The notes: generated from the letters alone by a model not told the origin. A stretch of DNA of 34,797 nt from a virus (IMGVR_UViG_3300032218_003035:1-34797), one strand, 5' to 3'; shown: positions 29,088-34,380, counted from the stretch's first letter. A program made the numbers and translations.

Positions 29088-29130
29088 GGTTGCTTGTGAA
29101 TTGTAGCATGGAATGGGGGCAGGTGCCCCC
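29088..29130 (-). promoter_or_regulatory. Type A cassette: GC hairpin plus extended -10 (TGcTACAAT)
   Basis: 32 bp identical to 29556-29587. Confidence 0.8.
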
Positions 29131-29137
29131 TGTCGCC

Positions 29138-29308
29138 CTAGTGGCGGTCGGAGATGTTCCAGACACCCCAGCAGCCTCGCTGGTGGTCGTGATCCTGCTG
29201 GCGGATCTGGATGGCAAGCTGGCGTTGCTCGCTGGTGTAGGTTGACCAGCCATCGGTGCCCTCGCCGTAGCAGGCATCCCAGATCAGGTTCGCTTGGTCG
29301 ATGCTCAT
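29138..29308 (-). CDS. Small hypothetical early protein (56 aa, start revised)
   Basis: [15 protein letters not shown]...[10 protein letters not shown], downstream of a TATACT cassette. Confidence 0.78.
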   Translation of the reverse strand: MSIDQANLIWDACYGEGTDGWSTYTSEQRQLAIQIRQQDHDHQRGCWGVWNISDRH

Positions 29309-29314
29309 TAGTTC

Positions 29315-29391
29315 CGGTGTGGTTGACTTGTTAAGTATAGAGCCTGGTGGGGGGCTGGTGTGCCCCCCTGTGCCACTATGCCAGGTGGGCG
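29315..29391 (-). promoter_or_regulatory. Type B cassette: palindrome (one good arm), GC hairpin, TATACT
   Basis: About 63 bp near-identical to 29886-29950. Confidence 0.8.
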
Positions 29392-29543
29392 AACTGGGCG
29401 AGGCTGCTGGGTGCGATGTGCGAGGGTGACCCACAGCTCAGGTAGAACTCTACCATACGCTGTGCCTCCTCCAGGGTGGGGAACCACTGGGAGCGCCACT
29501 CGCACTGGTTGTAGGGGGTCTGGTAGCGAACTTCGATTCTCAT
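29376..29543 (-). CDS. Small hypothetical early protein (55 aa, start revised)
   Basis: MRIEVRYQTPYNQCEWRSQWFPTLEEAQRMVEFYLSCGSP... Confidence 0.82.
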   Translation of the reverse strand: MRIEVRYQTPYNQCEWRSQWFPTLEEAQRMVEFYLSCGSPSHIAPSSLAQFAHLA

Positions 29544-29555
29544 GGGGTGGGTGTC

Positions 29556-29600
29556 GGTTGCTTGTGAATTGTAGCATGGAATGGGGGGCGGTTGCCCCCC
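29556..29600 (-). promoter_or_regulatory. Type A cassette, second copy
   Basis: GGTTGCTTGTGAATTGTAGCATGGAATGGGGG plus hairpin. Confidence 0.8.
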
Positions 29601-29607
29601 TGGTGAC

Positions 29608-29880
29608 TCAGAAGAAGTAGCCGATCTCCACGGTGTCGGGGGTGGGGTCGTACTCCTCGAAGATCGAGCGGGCGATCTCGTCGGGGGTCTTGCCCTCCAG
29701 GATGCCCTGGACAGCCAGCTCGGTTGCCCACTCGTTGTCACCCTCCAGGGTGTAGGCACCGCCGCCGATCATGTAGCGGTCCCACAGGATCAGATCCACC
29801 TGGGTCAGGATGGCGTCCATGTCGGTGGGGATCTCCCAGCTCTCGTCGATCTGCACGGTGTCGGTGAAGGCGTAGGTCAT
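29608..29880 (-). CDS. Acidic hypothetical early protein (90 aa, start revised)
   Basis: MTYAFTDTVQIDESWEIP...; ATG follows the AAGTCAACCACACCGACACC leader. Confidence 0.82.
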   Translation of the reverse strand: MTYAFTDTVQIDESWEIPTDMDAILTQVDLILWDRYMIGGGAYTLEGDNEWATELAVQGILEGKTPDEIARSIFEEYDPTPDTVEIGYFF

Positions 29881-29885
29881 GGTGT

Positions 29886-29964
29886 CGGTGTGGTTGACTT
29901 GTTCAGTATAGAGCCTAGGTGGGGGGCTGGGGTGCCCCCCTTGTGCCACTGGTCAGACTGTCAC
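29886..29964 (-). promoter_or_regulatory. Type B cassette with full palindrome
   Basis: GTGCCAC-N8-CTGTCAC at 29943-29964; TATACT at 29905-29910. Confidence 0.82.
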
Positions 29965-30699
29965 AAGCTGAGCAGCGGTTGCCTTGTTGTAGCCTCCAAA
30001 CTGCCCAGCTTGGCGGCGAGCCCTGATCGCCTTGCCCCACTCGCTGCCCTTAGGCTGGGTGCCATGCACCAGCAGGGCGAAGGGTGCAGGCTCGAAGCAA
30101 TGGCTGTCGTCGTGATCAACAACCAACCCAGCAGCGTTAGCATCTGCTTCTGTCATGAACACTTTACTATAGCGAGTGAACACACCTTCGTCGATGAGGT
30201 AGTCGAACTTGCCACCATAGCTGGCGGTCATGTAGAAGTTCTCAGGCAGAGTGAGACCAACAAACAGTGGCAGGTTCTTGCTGTAGCAGTAGAACTTCAG
30301 ATCAGGATTGTGGAGAGCAACCATAAGCCACGCCTGAAGATAGGCGGCATTGAAGAAGTCTCCAGACTCGTGAATACGGACGAGTTTAGTATTTTTTTTG
30401 CGAGCTTTCTTGAGTTCATTGTTGATAAGATTAGCACAATTGCCAACCCTGAGAGCTTCAACAATTGCTTTGAAGTTAGCTTGTCGGTTAGCGTAGACTG
30501 CATCATATTGCACCTCGCTGCTAGCAGCGAAGCAACGGAATTGGGTGTGCTTGCCATCAACAATCGAACGCTTGCCGTCGGGGCGGCGGACCGCCATGGA
30601 GAAGCACTCAAGAGCACCGGGGCAGGTGCTGCCTGCTGGCAGGCTGAAGATGAGGGTGCCCTTGTTCAGCTTAGCGTTGCCCTTGGAGAAGTGAAGCAT
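29953..30699 (-). CDS. GP88-family ('Gene product 88') phage protein (248 aa)
   Basis: GNAKL...FSLPAGSTCPGA.EC...CFA, RIHESGDFF...W.......P..KFYCYSK match my recollection of the GP88 family. Confidence 0.75.
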   Translation of the reverse strand: MLHFSKGNAKLNKGTLIFSLPAGSTCPGALECFSMAVRRPDGKRSIVDGKHTQFRCFAASSEVQYDAVYANRQANFKAIVEALRVGNCANLINNELKKARKKNTKLVRIHESGDFFNAAYLQAWLMVALHNPDLKFYCYSKNLPLFVGLTLPENFYMTASYGGKFDYLIDEGVFTRYSKVFMTEADANAAGLVVDHDDSHCFEPAPFALLVHGTQPKGSEWGKAIRARRQAGQFGGYNKATAAQLVTV

Positions 30700-30712
30700 C
30701 GGTCTGGTGTGG

Positions 30713-30782
30713 TTGACTTGTTTAGTATAGGGGGCAGAGTGTGCCCCCTGGTGGTGCTAGTGGACAGTGTGCCAACTGGCAC
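30713..30782 (-). promoter_or_regulatory. Type C cassette
   Basis: TGGACAG-N8-CTGGCAC at 30761-30782, GGGGGCA..TGCCCCC hairpin, TATACT. 35/36 identical to 31914-31949. Confidence 0.82.
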
Positions 30783-30786
30783 AGGG

Positions 30787-30978
30787 TCAGAACTCTACAG
30801 CCCAGTCTGGGTCATTGTTGATACTCACCCAGAAGAAGTTCTTCCCATTGGTAGAACGAAGGAAGAAACGATCACCCTTCGATTGTTCTACCAAACACTC
30901 TGGCTGGTTGTTCATCAGGTTAGCAAATCTGTTCTTTGCTTTCTTAGATTTGGGTGTCACAAATGCAAGGTCGTTCAT
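30787..30978 (-). CDS. Conserved cyanophage hypothetical protein (63 aa)
   Basis: VTPKSKKAKNRFANLM...FFWV....DPDW; A/C-rich leader. Confidence 0.82.
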   Translation of the reverse strand: MNDLAFVTPKSKKAKNRFANLMNNQPECLVEQSKGDRFFLRSTNGKNFFWVSINNDPDWAVEF

Positions 30979-30999
30979 GGTGTTTGTTTTGTGTTTGTG

Positions 31000-31146
31000 T
31001 TAGTCAAGACAGATGAACTTGTACTCTACAACGTCTTCCCCATTGTTGAGACATTCAGCAATAGCATCAGGAACAAACTTGCGAGGGTGAGAGTTAGCAT
31101 CAAGATCCATCTCAAGTGTAACAACCCAGCGTTTGGTTTCGATCAT
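31000..31146 (-). CDS. Small hypothetical protein (48 aa), not in the track
   Basis: MIETKRWVVTLEMDLDANSHPRKFVPDAIAECLNNGEDVVEYKFICLD, downstream of a cassette. Confidence 0.8.
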   Translation of the reverse strand: MIETKRWVVTLEMDLDANSHPRKFVPDAIAECLNNGEDVVEYKFICLD

Positions 31147-31157
31147 TGTGTTTGTTG

Positions 31158-31227
31158 TTGACTTGTTCATTGTAAGGGGGCAGGATGCCCCCTGGTGATG
31201 CTAGTGTGCCACCTGTCGAGGTGTCAC
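31158..31227 (-). promoter_or_regulatory. Type C-like cassette
   Basis: GTGCCAC-N8-GTGTCAC at 31206-31227; TACAAT at 31169-31174. Confidence 0.8.
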
Positions 31228-31472
31228 AGCATCGAGACCAATCGCAGGATGGTGCTCACCTGCACGGGGGTCTGGTAGGATAGAACGTCGTCCACAATGT
31301 TGCCGTTTGGACGTATCACTGCCACCTCGAAGGTGTCCTCGCCCAGGATACCATACAGCCCCGAATCCTTCGGACCTGCAACTACACTCACAGTCCACTG
31401 ATTGTCAAATGTTTGCTGTGCAATCGTGGCACCAGCTATAACGTGATCACGAAAAGTGAGAGAAGAAAACAT
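31224..31472 (-). CDS. Hypothetical early protein (82 aa, start revised)
   Basis: MFSSLTF...FDNQWTVSVV...GLYG....TFEVAVI, a pattern common in small phage proteins. Confidence 0.8.
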   Translation of the reverse strand: MFSSLTFRDHVIAGATIAQQTFDNQWTVSVVAGPKDSGLYGILGEDTFEVAVIRPNGNIVDDVLSYQTPVQVSTILRLVSML

Positions 31473-31484
31473 GTTGCTGTTTGG

Positions 31485-31553
31485 TTGACTTGTTAAGTAT
31501 TGCACCCCAGATGCTGGTCTGGGGGTATTGGTGGACAGTTAATCAACTGTCAC
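31485..31553 (-). promoter_or_regulatory. Cassette with variant -10 (AATACT)
   Basis: TGGACAG-N8-CTGTCAC at 31532-31553, CCCCAGA/TCTGGGG hairpin, same TAACAAGTCAACC leader. Confidence 0.7.
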
Positions 31554-31696
31554 TCATCCAGGCAGTGCCGATAGGTTTGTTGTAACCTAATCAGCACATC
31601 ATCCCAGAACTCTTTATCATCATCGTCGTTGTACTGATTGTTATCTTCAACCAGACGAATGAGATTGTTTAGATCATCCGGGGTGAGAAAGTTCAT
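31550..31696 (-). CDS. Small acidic protein (48 aa), not in the track
   Basis: MNFLTPDDLNNLIRLVEDNNQYNDDDDKEFWDDVLIRLQQTYRHCLDE; TGATG coupling with the upstream gene. Confidence 0.8.
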   Translation of the reverse strand: MNFLTPDDLNNLIRLVEDNNQYNDDDDKEFWDDVLIRLQQTYRHCLDE

Positions 31697-31902
31697 CAGG
31701 CAACCTCCATCAATTCAGCAGCATATTCTGCACCATAAATCTCTGTAATCTCGCCTACAATTTGCTCTTCAGTATAAGTTTCGTACTCACGAATGAGTAG
31801 ATCAGTAACCATAATTTCAAGGGATTCTACATCCAATCCCTCCACAATTTGGGCAACGTAGTTCTCAACGAACTGGGCAAATTGTTCTTTGGTGAGTGTC
31901 AT
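31696..31902 (-). CDS. Small acidic helical protein (68 aa)
   Basis: Track ORF directly downstream of a type C cassette. Confidence 0.85.
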   Translation of the reverse strand: MTLTKEQFAQFVENYVAQIVEGLDVESLEIMVTDLLIREYETYTEEQIVGEITEIYGAEYAAELMEVA

Positions 31903-31913
31903 TGTGTTTGTGT

Positions 31914-31984
31914 TTGACTTGTTAAGTATAGGGGGCAGAGTGTGCCCCCGGTGGGTATTAGTGTGCCAGTTTAGATTCTGTCAC
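31914..31984 (-). promoter_or_regulatory. Type C cassette
   Basis: GTGCCAG-N8-CTGTCAC at 31963-31984; TATACT at 31925-31930. Confidence 0.82.
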
Positions 31985-32197
31985 ATCACACACCCAATAG
32001 TAGGCACGTTCTGTGCTAGTAGTAACAAACAGCAGAAACTGTTGGGTATATTTAAGGAGGAGTTCTTCACCTCCATTGTTATACCAAACTGTTGCTGAGT
32101 TCTTTACAAACAGTGCCACACCCACGATGACAGCAACCAACGTTGCTACGTTATACATTAGGGTGGACACGAAAGAATTAACAAATTGGTTTTTCAT
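31958..32197 (-). CDS. Predicted membrane protein (79 aa, start revised)
   Basis: MKNQFVNSF...VATLVAVIVGVALFV hydrophobic helix. Confidence 0.75.
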   Translation of the reverse strand: MKNQFVNSFVSTLMYNVATLVAVIVGVALFVKNSATVWYNNGGEELLLKYTQQFLLFVTTSTERAYYWVCDVTESKLAH

Positions 32198-32242
32198 TGT
32201 TGTTAAGAATTGGTTTTGGTTGATTAACTCAACCATGCACAT

Positions 32243-32300
32243 ACCATAGCAACAACAACCAGCGATGTCAAGGGGTAGTGGACAGTTCAACAAGTGGCAC
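32243..32300 (-). promoter_or_regulatory. Sigma70 promoter plus palindrome
   Basis: TTGACA-17 bp-TATGGT with TG extension; TGGACAG-N8-GTGGCAC at 32279-32300. Confidence 0.82.
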
Positions 32301-32308
32301 ACAACCAC

Positions 32309-32338
32309 TTGACAATATACAAAAATACCCTCTAGAAT
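32309..32338 (+). promoter_or_regulatory. Divergent (antisense) sigma70 promoter
   Basis: TTGACA-18 bp-TAGAAT on the other side of the same palindrome. Confidence 0.6.
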
Positions 32339-32352
32339 ACACTAGAGGGTAT
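32321..32352 (-). terminator. Intrinsic terminator
   Basis: ATACCCTCTAG-6 nt-CTAGAGGGTAT followed by TTTT. Confidence 0.8.
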
Positions 32353-32358
32353 AATATA

Positions 32359-32487
32359 CTACTCTTGAGTAGTATAATCTATATCTGTAAACATACTATA
32401 ATCATCATACTCACATTCTTTATTCTTTATATCTTGTTCTTCTAATTCATTCTTTATATAATCTTGAAAAGTTAAAGTATAAGACAT
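32359..32487 (-). CDS. Small acidic AT-rich ORF (42 aa), not in the track
   Basis: MSYTLTFQDYIKNELEEQDIKNKECEYDDYSMFTDIDYTTQE; ends 6 bp before a terminator. Confidence 0.6.
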   Translation of the reverse strand: MSYTLTFQDYIKNELEEQDIKNKECEYDDYSMFTDIDYTTQE

Positions 32488-32581
32488 AATATTATATTTT
32501 AAAGTTTAAAGTTTAATTATCTTAAATTCTAAAAAAGTGAAAAAGCTAAAAAACTTAACTTTCTCACTTTTTGAGTTTTCT

Positions 32582-32716
32582 CTATTTCCTCAAAGGTGAG
32601 TTATTGAAGGATCTGAAGATTGTGAAAAGAATGATAAATGTGCTAATCACACCCACCAATCCCAACACAGTAACACCATCACCAGTGAAATCAAGTGTGT
32701 TTACTTCAGGCATCAT
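32582..32716 (-). CDS. Small single-pass membrane protein (44 aa), not in the track
   Basis: MMPEVNTLDFTGDGVTVLGLVGVISTFIILFTIFRSFNNSPLRK; ATGA overlap with the upstream stop. Confidence 0.78.
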   Translation of the reverse strand: MMPEVNTLDFTGDGVTVLGLVGVISTFIILFTIFRSFNNSPLRK

Positions 32717-32895
32717 ACATCATAGCAAAGGTACTCGGACATTTCTTGTTGAAACATTTCAGTTTCAGCTTCAGTATTCCATGGAATAGATGCCATGAAG
32801 TTGTAGTGGTCAACCCACTGAGCACATGCTTCCATGATGCTATCGTGAGCATTGATTCGGTTGTAGAAGTGTGAGTTGTCGCAGATCATTGCCAT
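32713..32895 (-). CDS. Hypothetical early protein (60 aa, start revised)
   Basis: MAMICDNSHFYNRINAHDSIMEACAQWVDHY...; ATG follows the cassette leader. Confidence 0.78.
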   Translation of the reverse strand: MAMICDNSHFYNRINAHDSIMEACAQWVDHYNFMASIPWNTEAETEMFQQEMSEYLCYDV

Positions 32896-32923
32896 GAGAG
32901 TGGTTTGATTGGTTGACTTACTT

Positions 32924-32981
32924 AGAATAACAGGGGTGGGGGGCTTTGTCAACCCCCCTGTGCCAGTTCAGATGGCGGACT
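32924..32981 (-). promoter_or_regulatory. Sigma70 promoter with -35 inside a G6/C6 hairpin, plus palindrome half-site
   Basis: TTGACA-17 bp-TATTCT; GTGCCAG at 32960. Confidence 0.82.
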
Positions 32982-33144
32982 TGAAACCACGGCTCCACAG
33001 TGCCAGACGCATGGTGCTAGCCTTGCGAACCTGATCGTTGGTACGACCAGCAGCCAGGGCAGCAGTGCGAAGCTCGGTACGGGTGGAGTCCTTGGTGCTC
33101 ACCAGAACGTTACGGGCAGCCTGGAGCAGTTGTTGGGAAGTCAT
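32968..33144 (-). CDS. Basic hypothetical early protein (58 aa, start revised)
   Basis: MTSQQLLQAARNV...VRKASTMRLALW; GAGGA Shine-Dalgarno upstream. Confidence 0.8.
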   Translation of the reverse strand: MTSQQLLQAARNVLVSTKDSTRTELRTAALAAGRTNDQVRKASTMRLALWSRGFKSAI

Positions 33145-33192
33145 AGATCCTCTTAGAGTTGGGGTTGGTCGGGGTGTTCCCCCGATGAACAT

Positions 33193-33251
33193 AGTATGTC
33201 ACCTCTGAGAGCCCCCTGCAAGCCCCTCTGTGCCACTTGGAGAGCTGTCAC
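33193..33251 (-). promoter_or_regulatory. Sigma70 promoter plus palindrome
   Basis: TTGCAG-17 bp-CATACT; GTGCCAC-N8-CTGTCAC at 33230-33251. Confidence 0.78.
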
Positions 33252-33310
33252 AGTGTCATAGGGTCAACCGTTTGCAAACGTGCTAGAAATCGCTCTGAGA
33301 TGGTGTATAG

Positions 33311-33330
33311 AAAAGGGGGCATTAGCCCCC
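33311..33330 (-). terminator. Intrinsic terminator
   Basis: GGGGGC-TAAT-GCCCCC followed by TTTT. Confidence 0.8.
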
Positions 33331-33347
33331 GTGTATACCTTACTCAC

Positions 33348-33515
33348 TCAGTCAGCATAATCATCGTAGTCCTTGAATTTAGCTTGACGTTTACTCCTAG
33401 TGGTGTAACGTTTAGCATTCTGGACATCATAACCAAAATCTTCGAATCGTTCCTCGATCTGTGGATTTCGAATATCATTCGAAGGATTCTGGTATTTACG
33501 ATTGTGTTTAGCCAT
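33348..33515 (-). CDS. Small charged protein (55 aa), not in the track
   Basis: MAKHNRKYQNPSNDIRNPQIEERFEDFGYDVQNAKRYTTRSKRQAKFKDYDDYAD; followed by a terminator. Confidence 0.78.
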   Translation of the reverse strand: MAKHNRKYQNPSNDIRNPQIEERFEDFGYDVQNAKRYTTRSKRQAKFKDYDDYAD

Positions 33516-33554
33516 TTTTAACTCGAATTACTCCTATTAATGGGGGATTGGTGT

Positions 33555-33562
33555 TATTTAGA
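33555..33562 (-). promoter_or_regulatory. Late-promoter-like box (TCTAAATA)
   Basis: Intergenic, about 40 bp upstream of the 55-aa ORF, same sequence as at 27641. Confidence 0.5.
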
Positions 33563-33564
33563 GG

Positions 33565-33792
33565 TCAAACAGCTACGATTTGCAGTGTTTGGTCCTCTTT
33601 GACGGCACGATTGAACAAACGACCGACACTTCCATTGGTTTCGATGGTAGATTGGACGGAATCTACAAAATTACCAGTGGTATCACGGTAATTGTAGCTT
33701 TTTCCACTGTTAAATGTAATTGTGACAATGTTATTGTCAGTTTCAGTTACAGTTGAAATAGCAGTTGATTCAATGTTGTTGATAGTTCTCAT
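33565..33792 (-). CDS. KTSC-like small protein (75 aa)
   Basis: ESTAISTV...VTITFNSGKSYNY...SVGRLFNRAVK fits the KTSC pattern. Confidence 0.72.
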   Translation of the reverse strand: MRTINNIESTAISTVTETDNNIVTITFNSGKSYNYRDTTGNFVDSVQSTIETNGSVGRLFNRAVKEDQTLQIVAV

Positions 33793-33935
33793 TGTTGTTA
33801 TATGTTAATGATTAAAGTTTAATTTTGAAGTTTTGAGAAATTTCAAAAATCTTAAAATCTCATTTTTTGAGTTTTCTTAGTTTTTTGACTTTTTGGGATT
33901 TCTGTGTTTTTGAGATTTCTCAACTTCATGAATAC

Positions 33936-33992
33936 ATCATAGCAGGTATTCGGGGCAATGTCAAGCCCCCCTGCCAGTTCTCAAAGTGTCTT
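33936..33992 (-). promoter_or_regulatory. Near-consensus sigma70 promoter plus degenerate palindrome
   Basis: TTGACA-17 bp-TATGAT with TG extension. The -35 lies in the loop of GGGGC..GCCCC. Confidence 0.88.
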
Positions 33993-33996
33993 GGAG

Positions 33997-34247
33997 TTTT
34001 CCACAGCCCTGTGGAAAAACCTGTGGAAAACTATCTGGGGGGTGTCTCGGAGGGTCTCGGGTGATACTGTCAAGCCCCTTTGTGCCACTTTGAGAACTGG
34101 CACATAACTCCTTGACTTTTGAGTGGTGGCGGGCTAAGACAACAACGACACCGTATCTTTCCATGCTTTCAGCAACATTAACGAGAACCTTATATAAAGC
34201 TTAACTATATTCTTTTAGACATTAAGTTTTCCACAGAGTTTTCCACA
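33997..34247. promoter_or_regulatory. Cluster of five cyanobacterial-type DnaA boxes
   Basis: TTTTCCACA at 33997(+), 34010(-), 34022(-), 34227(+) and 34239(+). Confidence 0.7.
34068..34140. promoter_or_regulatory. Palindrome flanked by two outward-facing -35 boxes
   Basis: GTGCCAC-N8-CTGGCAC at 34082-34103. TTGACA on the minus strand has no -10; TTGACT-17 bp-TAAGAC on the plus strand. Confidence 0.55.
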
Positions 34248-34380
34248 GGTCCAAGAATAACACCAATCAAACTCAAAATGTATCGTTATGAACAACCTAG
34301 TCATACCAAGGGTGCTCTACATACGGAACTAGATAAAGAATACTTATTATAAACATATAATATCTCGTGTGGTATCATCT

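Noticed and set aside
29581-31161. 526-aa plus-strand ORF
   Set aside because: It is the exact antisense codon register of four minus-strand genes that happen to share a frame and avoid TTA/CTA/TCA codons. It crosses promoter hairpins and has no recognisable motifs.
32359-32487. Suspected frameshift from the AAAGAAT duplication in the 42-aa ORF
   Set aside because: Re-reading shows the frame stays open (IKNKECEY).
28921-33192. Longer track starts for ORFs ending at 28921, 29138, 29376, 29608, 31224, 31958, 32713 and 32968
   Set aside because: The extensions run through promoters, hairpins or upstream genes; the downstream ATG after each leader is more plausible.
33700-33708. TTTTCCACT near-DnaA box
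   Set aside because: One mismatch, and inside the KTSC-like gene where it encodes SGK.
28000-33992. Classical integron
   Set aside because: No integrase in the window, no RYYYAAC/GTTRRRY attC folds noticed, and the cassettes carry their own promoters.
28750-34103. Palindrome as a CRP or NtcA site
   Set aside because: Does not fit TGTGA-N6-TCACA or GTA-N8-TAC.
33867-34164. 65-aa and 67-aa ORFs over the DnaA-box region
   Set aside because: They overlap promoter and repeat elements, and their peptide repeats (PVEKPVEN, FPQVFPQ) simply translate the boxes.
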